DNA of 59,951 nt, from the NCBI GenBank assembly GCA_001784175.1, contig MFPR01000017.1, positions 155,024 through 214,974 on the forward strand, in the 5' to 3' direction. Positions 1 through 8,553 of the stretch are shown here, in pieces (position 1 is the first letter of the stretch; the number at the start of each line of letters is the position of its first letter). Source of the DNA: Candidatus Lindowbacteria bacterium RIFCSPLOWO2_12_FULL_62_27. Lineage in GTDB: Bacteria; Lindowbacteria; 2-12-FULL-62-27. The notes beneath the pieces are model-generated. The model did no database searches. It saw nothing but the letters and a program-made list of their open reading frames with translations, and was not told the DNA's origin. Made by a program: the position numbers and the translations under genes.

Positions 1-1
1 C

Positions 2-1303
2 CGCGCCAGAATTCTGCGTGCGGCGGCCAGCCTGATGACGGCGAAACGCCACGAGCTTGCGGCCCTGGAAGTTTGCGAGGCGGGGAAACCCTGGGAAGAG
101 GCACAGGCAGACGTCGCCGAGGCCATCGATTATCTGCGTTACTACGCGACCGAAGCCGAGCGTCTCGAAGCGGGCCGGCGATACCAGCCACACGTGCCCG
201 GAGAACTCAACCTCGGAATGTTCCGCCCGCGCGGGGTCGCCGCCGTCATCAGTCCTTGGAATTTCCCGCTGGCCATCCCCGCCGGCCAGACCGCCGCGGC
301 CCTGGCGGCCGGCAACTGCGTCGTCTTCAAACCGGCCGAGCAGACGCCGCTGGTCGCGCACCATCTCGCGCGGATTTATTTCGAAGCCGGTCTGCCCGCG
401 GGCGTCCTCCAGTTTCTGCCGGGCATCGGCGAGTGGGTCGGCCCGGCCCTCGTCGAACATCCGGACGTCGATGTGATCGCATTCACCGGCTCGAGAGCCA
501 TCGGCGAGGAGATTATCAAACGCGCAGCCGCCGCGGGCCCGGCGCCGTCAGGCGCAAAAAAAGTGATCGCAGAAATGGGCGGGAAAAATGCAGTGATCGT
601 CGATTCCGGCGCCGATGTTGACCTTGCCGTCCAGGAATGCGTCCGGTCAGCCTTCGACTACGCTGGCCAGAAATGCTCCGCGGCCGGCCGGCTCATCCTG
701 CTCAAGGATATTTATGAGGCCTTCTTGAAGCGCTTCGCCGCCGCCGTCCAAAGCCATCCGCTCGGCTACGCCGAAATACCTTCGACGCGCATCTCGCCGC
801 TCATCGACGCCGCCGCGCTCACTCGCGTGAATGAGCGAATCGACCTCGCCGTCCGCGAAGGCCGCTGGGTCCTGCCGCCCGACCCCGGGCGTATTCCAAA
901 AGAAGGTTACTTCGTCCCCCCCGCCATCGTCTCCCTCACGTCCGTGAGCGCGCGAACGGCCCAGGAGGAAATCTTCGGCCCTCTCCTCGCCGTCCTCGAA
1001 GCCCGCTCGATCGACGAGGCCATCGAGATCGCCAACAGCGTGCCCTACGCGCTCACCGGCGGGATTTTCTCCCGCCACCCCGGCCACATCGAACGCGTGC
1101 GCCGCCATCTCGACGTCGGCAACCTCTACATCAACCGCGCCATCACGGGCGCGGTCGTCGGCCGGCAGCCGTTCGGAGGACACCGCGCGTCGGGCGTGGG
1201 CTCCAAGGCCGGCGGCCCCGACTACCTCGCGCAGTTCTGCGTTCCGGTCACCATCTCCGAAAATCTCACGCGTCACGGGTTCTCGCCGGACGTCTCGCGC
1301 TAG
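2..1303 (+). CDS. putA: L-glutamate gamma-semialdehyde (P5C) dehydrogenase, probably the C-terminal domain of PutA; 5'-partial
   Basis: ALDH motifs ISPWNFPLAI, FTGS, EMGGKNA, AGQKCSA and EEIFGP, plus the P5CDH signature GNLYINRAITGAVVGRQPFGG. The frame is open from position 2. Confidence 0.85.
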   Translation, partial: RARILRAAASLMTAKRHELAALEVCEAGKPWEEAQADVAEAIDYLRYYATEAERLEAGRRYQPHVPGELNLGMFRPRGVAAVISPWNFPLAIPAGQTAAALAAGNCVVFKPAEQTPLVAHHLARIYFEAGLPAGVLQFLPGIGEWVGPALVEHPDVDVIAFTGSRAIGEEIIKRAAAAGPAPSGAKKVIAEMGGKNAVIVDSGADVDLAVQECVRSAFDYAGQKCSAAGRLILLKDIYEAFLKRFAAAVQSHPLGYAEIPSTRISPLIDAAALTRVNERIDLAVREGRWVLPPDPGRIPKEGYFVPPAIVSLTSVSARTAQEEIFGPLLAVLEARSIDEAIEIANSVPYALTGGIFSRHPGHIERVRRHLDVGNLYINRAITGAVVGRQPFGGHRASGVGSKAGGPDYLAQFCVPVTISENLTRHGFSPDVSR

Positions 1304-1311
1304 CCGCCGCG

Positions 1312-1618
1312 TCACCACCGCGGGCGAAAGCCCCCGCTCATCTTCGCCGCCACCGCCGTCGCCAGCATGTAGGCCACGACCGCCACCAGCACGTTAAAGA
1401 TACCCCCGGCTGGACTCGTGCACCACCAAACCGATCGAGGCCCAGTACAGCAGATCTTCCACCCCGGCCAGCAGAGTCGCGGATTTCACGCGGCCCCACA
1501 CGACCATCACCGTCTGCACTTCCGTCAGCAGACTCGATGTAAACCGGACGACAAAAATCAGCGGAACGGCAAACCAGCTCGACAGAGCGGTCGTCAACGC
1601 CGTCTCCAGGTCCATCAT
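1312..1618 (-). pseudogene. DUF5698/DUF2179 (UPF0316)-like small membrane protein, frameshifted at a homopolymer
   Basis: SD GGAGGTGA precedes ATG 1618. The frame stops at 1394, but removing one base from the C5 run (1403-1407) restores a hydrophobic tail GIFNVLVAVVAYMLATAVAAKMSGGFRPRW ending at 1312. Confidence 0.5.
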
Positions 1619-1872
1619 GATACTCACCTCCCACACTCACACCGCTGGATATTCAAGCACGCCTCGGGTTCCCATCTCAGGGGGTGTCGTGTTCCTATGC
1701 CCGATTGTCCCGCTCCCCGGCCCCCCGAATCAAGACACCCCGCCGAAAAGATTTTATCCCCCACCGCCTCTAAGGTACCCAACTCCTTAGAGCCGTTAAG
1801 TCCCTAACCCGTTGTTCCGCCGGAAACAAATTGACGCGGCCGGGGTTTTGAGGTCAAATCATTTAACCGGCC

Positions 1873-2823
1873 ATGACCTTGGATGCGATTTCAACGTTTG
1901 AGCAAAATGTGAATGCTGTGCTTCTCGGAAAACGCGAGATTGTCCGGCGGGCCCTGATCGTTCTCATCTGCCGCGGCCATATGCTTCTGGAGGATGTCCC
2001 CGGCACGGGCAAGACTGTTTTTGCAAAGGCCATCGCGCGTTCCCTTGAGGCCGAGTACAAGCGGATCCAATTCACGCCCGATTTGCTCCCCTCGGACGTG
2101 ACCGGCTCCAGCATCTTCAATCAAAAAACAAACGCCTTCGAATTCATGGCCGGCCCGCTTTTTACCCATGTCCTCCTCGCGGATGAGATCAATCGCGCCA
2201 CGCCCCGAACACAGGCGGCGCTCCTTGAGGCGATGGAGGAACGGCAGGTCACGGTGGACGGAACCACCTACCGCCTCCCGGACTCGTTTTTCGTCATCGC
2301 AACCCAGAATCCCATCGAACAGCAGGGCACCTTTCCCCTGCCGGAGGCGCAACTCGACCGGTTTCTCATGAAGATGTCCATCGGCTATCCTCCCGTCGAG
2401 AGTGAACTTTCCGTGATCGACATCCGCGCCGACAGCCACCCCGTGGACTCCGTCCGGCCCGTCATGAATCTGGAATCCCTCCAGAGCCTGCGGACGCACG
2501 TGGAAAATGTGTTTGTCCATTCCTCGATCAAGATGTACATCCTCTCCATCGTCCGCATGACCCGCGCGCATTCCGACCTCGTGCTGGGCGTGTCGCCCCG
2601 CGGCGCCCTTGCCCTCCGCCGGTGCGCCCAGGGCCTGGCCCTCGTCGAGGGCCGCGACTACGTGACGCCGGACGACGTGAAGCGGCTCACGGTGGACGTG
2701 CTGTCGCACCGCATCATGATCAAACCGCAGGTTCGGGTCGGCGGAAAATCCGAGCAGCAGATCATCCTGGAGATACTGAACTCGGTCCAGGTACCCGTCG
2801 AGTACGCGCCGCAGGCGCCGTAG
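1873..2823 (+). CDS. moxR: MoxR family AAA+ ATPase
   Basis: EDVPGTGKT Walker A, RIQFTPDLLPSD, LLADEINRATPRTQAALLEAMEE, ATQNPIEQQGTFPLPEAQLDRF. Confidence 0.95.
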   Translation: MTLDAISTFEQNVNAVLLGKREIVRRALIVLICRGHMLLEDVPGTGKTVFAKAIARSLEAEYKRIQFTPDLLPSDVTGSSIFNQKTNAFEFMAGPLFTHVLLADEINRATPRTQAALLEAMEERQVTVDGTTYRLPDSFFVIATQNPIEQQGTFPLPEAQLDRFLMKMSIGYPPVESELSVIDIRADSHPVDSVRPVMNLESLQSLRTHVENVFVHSSIKMYILSIVRMTRAHSDLVLGVSPRGALALRRCAQGLALVEGRDYVTPDDVKRLTVDVLSHRIMIKPQVRVGGKSEQQIILEILNSVQVPVEYAPQAP

Positions 2824-2829
2824 CGCCGA

Positions 2830-4119
2830 TTGGATCCGTCCGGAATCGAAACGTTTGAGCTGAAACGCCGCGGCGTGGCCCGCGCCCATGTCTCAGTCGC
2901 CGGATTCTTTTTTCTGATCGGCCTCCTCAAAGGCGCCGGCGCGGTGATCGCGCTGAGCCTCTTCATCCTCATCCTGCCCCTCCTGTTCGGTCTCGTTCAT
3001 CGCCGGGCGCTTTCGGCCCTGTCCATCCGGAGGCGTATGGTCGCCGGGCAATATGAAGGCCGCCCCGTGGCGGTCGAACTCCTGGTTCAGAATCGGTCGC
3101 CGATCCCGTTCTTCATGCCCGAAATCGAAGATCCCTTCATGGCCGACCCGATGCCGGCCAAGCGCGCGTTTCTCTCCGGATGGCTGCACGCCTGGGGGAA
3201 CATGACCGCCCGGTATACGGCGCTGGCCAAAGGTCCCAGGGGAGAGTACACGGTCGGCCCCTCGATCCTCTCCCTGATCGATCCGCTGGGATTGAGCCGG
3301 ACGGCCGGCGTCGTCGAGAACACGGATCTTTTGACCGTCTATCCGACCGTCTTCCCCATCCGGCAGATGCCCTTCGAGGCTGCCCGGGCGCGTTTCAGCC
3401 TGCACCTCAAAAGCACGACCAAGGCATCCCAGGGCCAGGATTTTTACGGCGTCCGGGAATACCGCCGGGGCGATTCGATGCGCCATATCCACTGGCGGTC
3501 TTCCGCGCGGCATCTGCGGCTCATCGTCAAGGAATTCGAAATGCCGGCCTCGAAGAACGTCTACCTGTTCATCGATCTCTTTGAACGCACCGCCCGCGGA
3601 ATGGGCCACCGGTCCGCCACCGATTATTCGATTCGCATCGCCGCCGCCATCGTCACGTACGCGATCCAGTCCAGCCACTGCGTCGGACTCTATGGTCACG
3701 GCCAGACCGCGATCCGTATGCCGCCGGCCGGCGGGGTGCCCCAGCTTCAGCGCATCATGCGAATGCTCGTCGCCGCCCGGCAGGTCGGCCAGACGCCCTT
3801 CGACCAGTTGCTCCTCGAACATCTCGCGGATATCCCCATCGACTCGGTGGTCGTTCTCATTTTCCCCACCTCCCAGGTGGATATCGGCCGATACGCTCAC
3901 GCGATTTCCGTCCTGAAAGCCCGCGGGGTCTCGCCGGTGGCGGTCCTCATCGACGATCGGTCGTTCTACCGGGTCCGGGGCGAGGTCAAGGATTACGGTC
4001 AGGAACGTTCGGTCGATGATGTGATGTCCGGCATGGTCTCGATCGGGCTGACGGTCTACGCCGTCAACGAAACCTCGGATCTCGAAGAAGTCTTCCGAAG
4101 GCCGCTCTATGCCTGCTGA
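2830..4119 (+). CDS. DUF58 domain protein (MoxR-associated)
   Basis: N-terminal TM segments and the motif FYGVREYRRGDSMRHIHWRSSAR...LIVKEFE; directly after moxR. Confidence 0.9.
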   Translation: MDPSGIETFELKRRGVARAHVSVAGFFFLIGLLKGAGAVIALSLFILILPLLFGLVHRRALSALSIRRRMVAGQYEGRPVAVELLVQNRSPIPFFMPEIEDPFMADPMPAKRAFLSGWLHAWGNMTARYTALAKGPRGEYTVGPSILSLIDPLGLSRTAGVVENTDLLTVYPTVFPIRQMPFEAARARFSLHLKSTTKASQGQDFYGVREYRRGDSMRHIHWRSSARHLRLIVKEFEMPASKNVYLFIDLFERTARGMGHRSATDYSIRIAAAIVTYAIQSSHCVGLYGHGQTAIRMPPAGGVPQLQRIMRMLVAARQVGQTPFDQLLLEHLADIPIDSVVVLIFPTSQVDIGRYAHAISVLKARGVSPVAVLIDDRSFYRVRGEVKDYGQERSVDDVMSGMVSIGLTVYAVNETSDLEEVFRRPLYAC

Positions 4120-5245
4120 CTCCGGAACCGGCCCCTGGGACGCGGTTCACAGGCTCTTTGTACTCAGCTTCGCGGCTTCCTGTTTCGTCGGATGGCTTGG
4201 CGCGAGCGCGGCGACCCCGACGGCGGTCCTTCTCATGACCGGCGTGTATCTGCTCATTATCCGTATCGGCCTGTACTCCAGCGCTGTCCGGTCGGCGGCA
4301 GCGTCCAACAAAAACGTCTGGCTCGGTTTCGTGGCCGCCGCCCTCCTCGCGCTGGTCGGCGGGCTGAGCGGAAAAATTTCGGCGATCTGGCTGCTCACCG
4401 GAATCGCCGGCGCGCTGTCGGCCATGATCGCCTCCTTCTGGTTCTCCAAACCGACCGGCCTCTCCATTTTTTTCGGCGCGCACCTCGCCCTCTTTCTGGC
4501 CGGCGTGCTCAAGACCGGCGCGCTGGACCCACTCCCGGCGACATGGTTCGCCTTCAGTTGGATCGGCGCCTGCCACTTCACTCGAACGCACGCCGCTTTC
4601 TCCGAATCCGGCGCGCACCGCCGCCCGCCGCTGTCGACCATGCTCAAAAATGTGGCGGTCCTCGCCGCGCTGGTCTTCGCCCTTTACATCCCGTGGTCCC
4701 TGCTTGTGAGCATGAAGGCGCCGGCCGCGGGCGTTCAAGCGCCGGCCGGCCCCATTCTTTCCCCGGGATCAGGCGCGGCCGGCGTGGACATGGAGCGCGT
4801 GATCAAGCTGCTGACGATGACCGCCGTCCTGCTCCTGGCCTTGCTCGTGTGCCTCATGATCTATTTGAAAAAATCCAGAAAAGAAAAGTCCCTCCTGCGC
4901 GTCCGGGATGCCGGTTCGCGCATCGACATCGAAACCGCCGAGGGCGGGCGGCCCCCCGATCCGGAGCGGTATCGCGACACGGGTCTCAGTGGGAAAATCA
5001 TCGAAGAGTATGCCCGGCTATTGACCCTCTGGAAAAAAACCGGCTACAGCCGCGAGCCGAGCGAAACGCCGTTGGAATTCGCCCGCCGGGTCGGCGGCCT
5101 CTTCCCGCAACTCTCGACGCCTTTTCAAACCGTCACGGCCATCTATCACCAGGCGCGTTATGGAGGCGATTCCCCAGCCCCCGCCGACTACGACCGTTTC
5201 GCGGGCCACCTCCACGAAATCCAGCGCCTGCCGCCGTTTCGATAA
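4109..5245 (+). CDS. multi-pass membrane protein with C-terminal DUF4129 domain
   Basis: Several hydrophobic helices; C-terminal REPSETPLEFARRV...TAIYHQARYG. Overlaps the DUF58 stop. Confidence 0.75.
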   Translation: MPADSGTGPWDAVHRLFVLSFAASCFVGWLGASAATPTAVLLMTGVYLLIIRIGLYSSAVRSAAASNKNVWLGFVAAALLALVGGLSGKISAIWLLTGIAGALSAMIASFWFSKPTGLSIFFGAHLALFLAGVLKTGALDPLPATWFAFSWIGACHFTRTHAAFSESGAHRRPPLSTMLKNVAVLAALVFALYIPWSLLVSMKAPAAGVQAPAGPILSPGSGAAGVDMERVIKLLTMTAVLLLALLVCLMIYLKKSRKEKSLLRVRDAGSRIDIETAEGGRPPDPERYRDTGLSGKIIEEYARLLTLWKKTGYSREPSETPLEFARRVGGLFPQLSTPFQTVTAIYHQARYGGDSPAPADYDRFAGHLHEIQRLPPFR

Positions 5246-5251
5246 GCACCC

Positions 5252-6205
5252 ATGAACGCCTCTAAAAAGGCCAGATTCTATGCCCAGCTTGCAGACGCCT
5301 TCTCCGCCGGCCTGTCGGCCACCGCAGCCTTGGATCTTGTCGGCGGGAATCCAAATTTTTCGTTGATCTGCCGCCGTGTCCGGGAGGCCGTGGGCCGTGG
5401 CGAAAGCTTGGCTGTGGCGTTCCGGCGTGAACCCGAAATATCGGTGTTTGATGTTGAATTGATCGCGGTGGGAGAAAAAAGCGGCACGGTTGATCGGCAG
5501 TTCAGAGCCTTGGAGGAGCGGTATGAGAATGTCTGGCGGATGACCCTTTCGATCGCATCCCACCTGGCCGGCCCGCCGCTCTGGTATCTTCTGGTATTGG
5601 GACTTGCGGTGATGCTGGCAATCCCGGCCAAAGGCATCGGCCTTGCTATTCATCTCCTCATGGATTTGGGACTGGCGGCCTTGGTTCTTGGCGGGTTCGT
5701 CCTGCCCTTTGTGTATTTTCCGTATGGCTCCCGTCCCACGCTGCAGAAAAGCTTCTTGAGGCTTCCCTTCCCATACGGCGCATACGTCCGCATGAAAATC
5801 TTTTATCCGTTCGTGAACGCCCTCCGGCATCTTTTTCGCGCCGGACTGACCATCGGTCAGGCGCTCGAAGTCGCCGCGGCCAGCACCGATGCCGAAGCGG
5901 TGAAATCGGACCTCAAGCCGGTGGTTGCGCAACTTGTGAACGGATGGAGCGTCGAGCGGAGCCTCGTCCTGTCGGATCTTCTGCCGGAGGACATTCAGGA
6001 CGCCATCCGGATCGGCCATTCCGTCGGAAAACTCGAAGAGACCTTGGCGCGGATCGAGGAACAATATGTCTTTCGGATGAAGGAAATATTGAGGCAGGTT
6101 CCCTTCTGGGTGAGCGCCATCGCCCTGATTCTGATCATGGCCATCATTGTCTACTACATCTTCGTGATGCTCGCGCCTGTCCTGACCTTCTATCAAGGAA
6201 TCTGA
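5252..6205 (+). CDS. type II secretion system F / PilC family inner-membrane platform protein
   Basis: Two T2SSF repeats (GESLAVAF...LIAVGEKSGTVD and GWSVERSL...IRIGHSVGKLEETL) with flanking TM helices. Confidence 0.85.
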   Translation: MNASKKARFYAQLADAFSAGLSATAALDLVGGNPNFSLICRRVREAVGRGESLAVAFRREPEISVFDVELIAVGEKSGTVDRQFRALEERYENVWRMTLSIASHLAGPPLWYLLVLGLAVMLAIPAKGIGLAIHLLMDLGLAALVLGGFVLPFVYFPYGSRPTLQKSFLRLPFPYGAYVRMKIFYPFVNALRHLFRAGLTIGQALEVAAASTDAEAVKSDLKPVVAQLVNGWSVERSLVLSDLLPEDIQDAIRIGHSVGKLEETLARIEEQYVFRMKEILRQVPFWVSAIALILIMAIIVYYIFVMLAPVLTFYQGI

Positions 6206-6220
6206 GCCTCGGTCCGGCGA

Positions 6221-6451
6221 TCAGACTTCCCGGATGTTCAACAGGACGATCGTGCGCCGCTGATACTCAAAGTCGACGATCTCGCCCGCCTCAGTCTCGA
6301 TCTCCCACCCCTCGTCGTGCGGCGTGCCTGAGACTTCGGCGGCGCGCAGTTTATAAATCCAGGCGTCAACCCGTTTTTGGGCCGCACCCTCCAGACGCAG
6401 GAATGCCCGGCGAAACTCGGGCGACATGAGAACGTCGTACAGGATGGCCAT
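6221..6451 (-). CDS. RelE/ParE-like toxin, divergent
   Basis: 76 aa; YDVLMSPEFRRAFLRLEGAAQKRV matches a RelE-type N-terminus; 3 nt downstream of a Phd-like gene. Confidence 0.55.
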   Translation of the reverse strand: MAILYDVLMSPEFRRAFLRLEGAAQKRVDAWIYKLRAAEVSGTPHDEGWEIETEAGEIVDFEYQRRTIVLLNIREV

Positions 6452-6454
6452 GAC

Positions 6455-6739
6455 TCACCGGCCGGCCGCCCATCCCAGCTCCTTGCGAAACTGATCGTAC
6501 GGGATTCCCTTCCCGGCCGCGATCTGCCGCTTGGCCCGTCGGATGGCCCGGAGCCGCCGTGGATCGCGGTTCAGCCTGTGGGACGCCTGCATCGATCGAA
6601 ACTCCTCCTCCGAGAGAAGGACGGCGTTGTTGCCGCTGGCGTGCCGGATATAAAACCGCCGCCCGTTTGCCGTCTCCCTCACCATCTTCATGAATTGAAC
6701 CCGCGCCGCCGACGCGGAAAGAACGTTCGGATTGAACAC
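6455..6739 (-). CDS. Phd/YefM family antitoxin
   Basis: GTG at 6739 after GGAGG; LSASAARVQFMKMVRE...IRHASGNNAVLLSEEEF follows the Phd/YefM pattern. Confidence 0.8.
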   Translation of the reverse strand: MFNPNVLSASAARVQFMKMVRETANGRRFYIRHASGNNAVLLSEEEFRSMQASHRLNRDPRRLRAIRRAKRQIAAGKGIPYDQFRKELGWAAGR

Positions 6740-6775
6740 CGGAAGCCCTCCGTTCGCGATTTGTACTGCTTTCCA

Positions 6776-6805
6776 AGTATATGCCTGGATAGGGATGCAA
6801 GTCAA
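6776..6805 (-). promoter_or_regulatory. sigma70-type promoter for the phd/relE-like module
   Basis: Minus strand reads TTGACT-N18-TATACT, about 35 nt upstream of the antitoxin start. Confidence 0.6.
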
Positions 6806-6876
6806 GGATGCGTAGAGCGGGCACTTGCGTTCTGAACTCGGGGCGGCGCCCGGATAACAAGCCTCCAAGCAGACGA

Positions 6877-7065
6877 TCAAAACGGTTTGCCAAGGCCGGC
6901 CTGCTTGCAGATTTCATTGGCCGTGACACGGTCCAATGTACGGTGACGTTTGACCGGAATCGTCCTGATTCCGTTTGTATAGATGGTGTGATTGCCGCCT
7001 TCGCGAAGAAAATAAAAGCCATGCCTTTCAAGATAACGTATCAGGTCGATGCGCTTGACGGACAT
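6877..7065 (-). CDS. hicA: HicA family toxin (mRNA interferase)
   Basis: 62 aa; LIRYLERHGFYFLREGGNHTIY...IPVKRH...ICKQAGL with the conserved GxH. Confidence 0.9.
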   Translation of the reverse strand: MSVKRIDLIRYLERHGFYFLREGGNHTIYTNGIRTIPVKRHRTLDRVTANEICKQAGLGKPF

Positions 7066-7071
7066 TCGGGG

Positions 7072-7287
7072 TCACATGGCAACGGCCAGTTGCTCCAGCA
7101 ACGCGCCTCCAAGGGGAATACGCTTCCTTTGTTTCCTGTAAGCCTTGACCATTTCCTTCAGGGCGTCCTTCAGCATATCCCGGCAATCTTCCAGCGTCCG
7201 CCCCTCCGTAACGACTTCGGGCCATTCAACAATCTGCCCCATGTATCCGGAAGGGATTTTCGTATATTTGGCCGTGTAATGGGTCAT
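7072..7287 (-). CDS. hicB: HicB family antitoxin (short form, no DNA-binding domain)
   Basis: YMGQIVEWPEVVTEGRTLEDCRDMLKDAL; adjacent to hicA. Confidence 0.9.
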   Translation of the reverse strand: MTHYTAKYTKIPSGYMGQIVEWPEVVTEGRTLEDCRDMLKDALKEMVKAYRKQRKRIPLGGALLEQLAVAM

Positions 7288-7368
7288 TTCCTGTTTTTCC
7301 TCGCTTTCATTTCAAAGGTACCAATTAGTCTGCAACGAATCAATCTTTTCCCGCGCCGTTTCCCCCGG

Positions 7369-8553
7369 TCAGCGTCCGAACGTCAGTTTCTTCATCTCAA
7401 ACTCCGCTGCCTGCACCAGCGGATCCCGCTTGTCGCCGCCCGCCAGTTCCTCAAAAATCACACGCGCTTCATCCGCCCGGTCCAGCTTGTTCAGGAGTTC
7501 GCCCATGCGGTAGCGGTACTGCGCCGGCCGCTGCGCGTCCGGATGGCGGGCCAGATAGTCCCGGAACAGCTCGTAGGACTCCCGGGTGTTTCCGTTGTTC
7601 TCCAGGAGCAGGCCGAATTCCATCACCGATTCATGTGGATCGACAGGACGGAATGCCGATCGGAGGATGTGCCCGCTCAGGCGGCCTTTGACGTCCTCCT
7701 CCGGAATGCAGGGCAGGATGCCATCGATCATCCGCTCGGCCGCCTCCGTCCGTCCGGCTCTCAGGCTCATCACGGCGTACCAGTATTTTAAATTCGGATT
7801 GTCGGGGCTTTGGTCGAGAACTTCCTTGATGGCCGTCATCCCCACCCGGGGGTCCACGTCGTCCGGCAGATTCTGCGCTTCATCGATCGCCGCGTGGGCT
7901 TTGACCTTCGAAAACGCCCGCTTGAAGTCGCCTCCGAATTTGAGGTAGGTCGTGACGACAAACCCGGCCAGAAATCCGCCGATGTGCGCGAAAAACGCCA
8001 CGCTGCTCATGTCGTGCTTCGATGCGCTGTCCCACTGGAGGATGAACCAGTATCCCAGCACCAGCCACGCGGGGAGGGAAAACTGAAGGCGCGGAAAGAT
8101 GATCAGGCAGTGCCTGATTTTGATCGTCGGATAGATCACAAAAAATGCGCCCATGACGCCCGAGATCGCTCCCGATGCGCCGATGAGAGGCTGGTCGATG
8201 TCGTAGGGTTTCAGGCTCAGCCAGTGCATGAGGACGGCCGCGACGCCGAAAAAAATGTAATACGCCACAAATCCAACGGGACTCAGCGCGCGCTCGACCC
8301 CCGGCCCATAGATCCACAAAAACAGCATGTTGCCGATTAGATGCATGAGTCCCCCGTGCAAAAACATGCTGGTCAGCATCCGCAAAATCCCGAATTCGAA
8401 GGCGCTGAAGCCCCAGTTCTGATAAAACATCTGCAGTTCCTCGGGCTTCAGCGTATCCACAAGAAAATAGATGGCGACGTTGATCCCGATCAGCGCGAAT
8501 GTGGCGTATGGTTTCTCATCCAGTTCCAGGTCGCTCCGAAAGGGGATGATCAT
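7369..8553 (-). CDS. rhomboid family intramembrane serine protease with C-terminal TPR region
   Basis: TSMFLHGGLMHLIGNMLFLWIYG, catalytic GASGAISG and AHIGGF. ATG 8553 overlaps the upstream TGA (ATGA). Confidence 0.9.
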   Translation of the reverse strand: MIIPFRSDLELDEKPYATFALIGINVAIYFLVDTLKPEELQMFYQNWGFSAFEFGILRMLTSMFLHGGLMHLIGNMLFLWIYGPGVERALSPVGFVAYYIFFGVAAVLMHWLSLKPYDIDQPLIGASGAISGVMGAFFVIYPTIKIRHCLIIFPRLQFSLPAWLVLGYWFILQWDSASKHDMSSVAFFAHIGGFLAGFVVTTYLKFGGDFKRAFSKVKAHAAIDEAQNLPDDVDPRVGMTAIKEVLDQSPDNPNLKYWYAVMSLRAGRTEAAERMIDGILPCIPEEDVKGRLSGHILRSAFRPVDPHESVMEFGLLLENNGNTRESYELFRDYLARHPDAQRPAQYRYRMGELLNKLDRADEARVIFEELAGGDKRDPLVQAAEFEMKKLTFGR

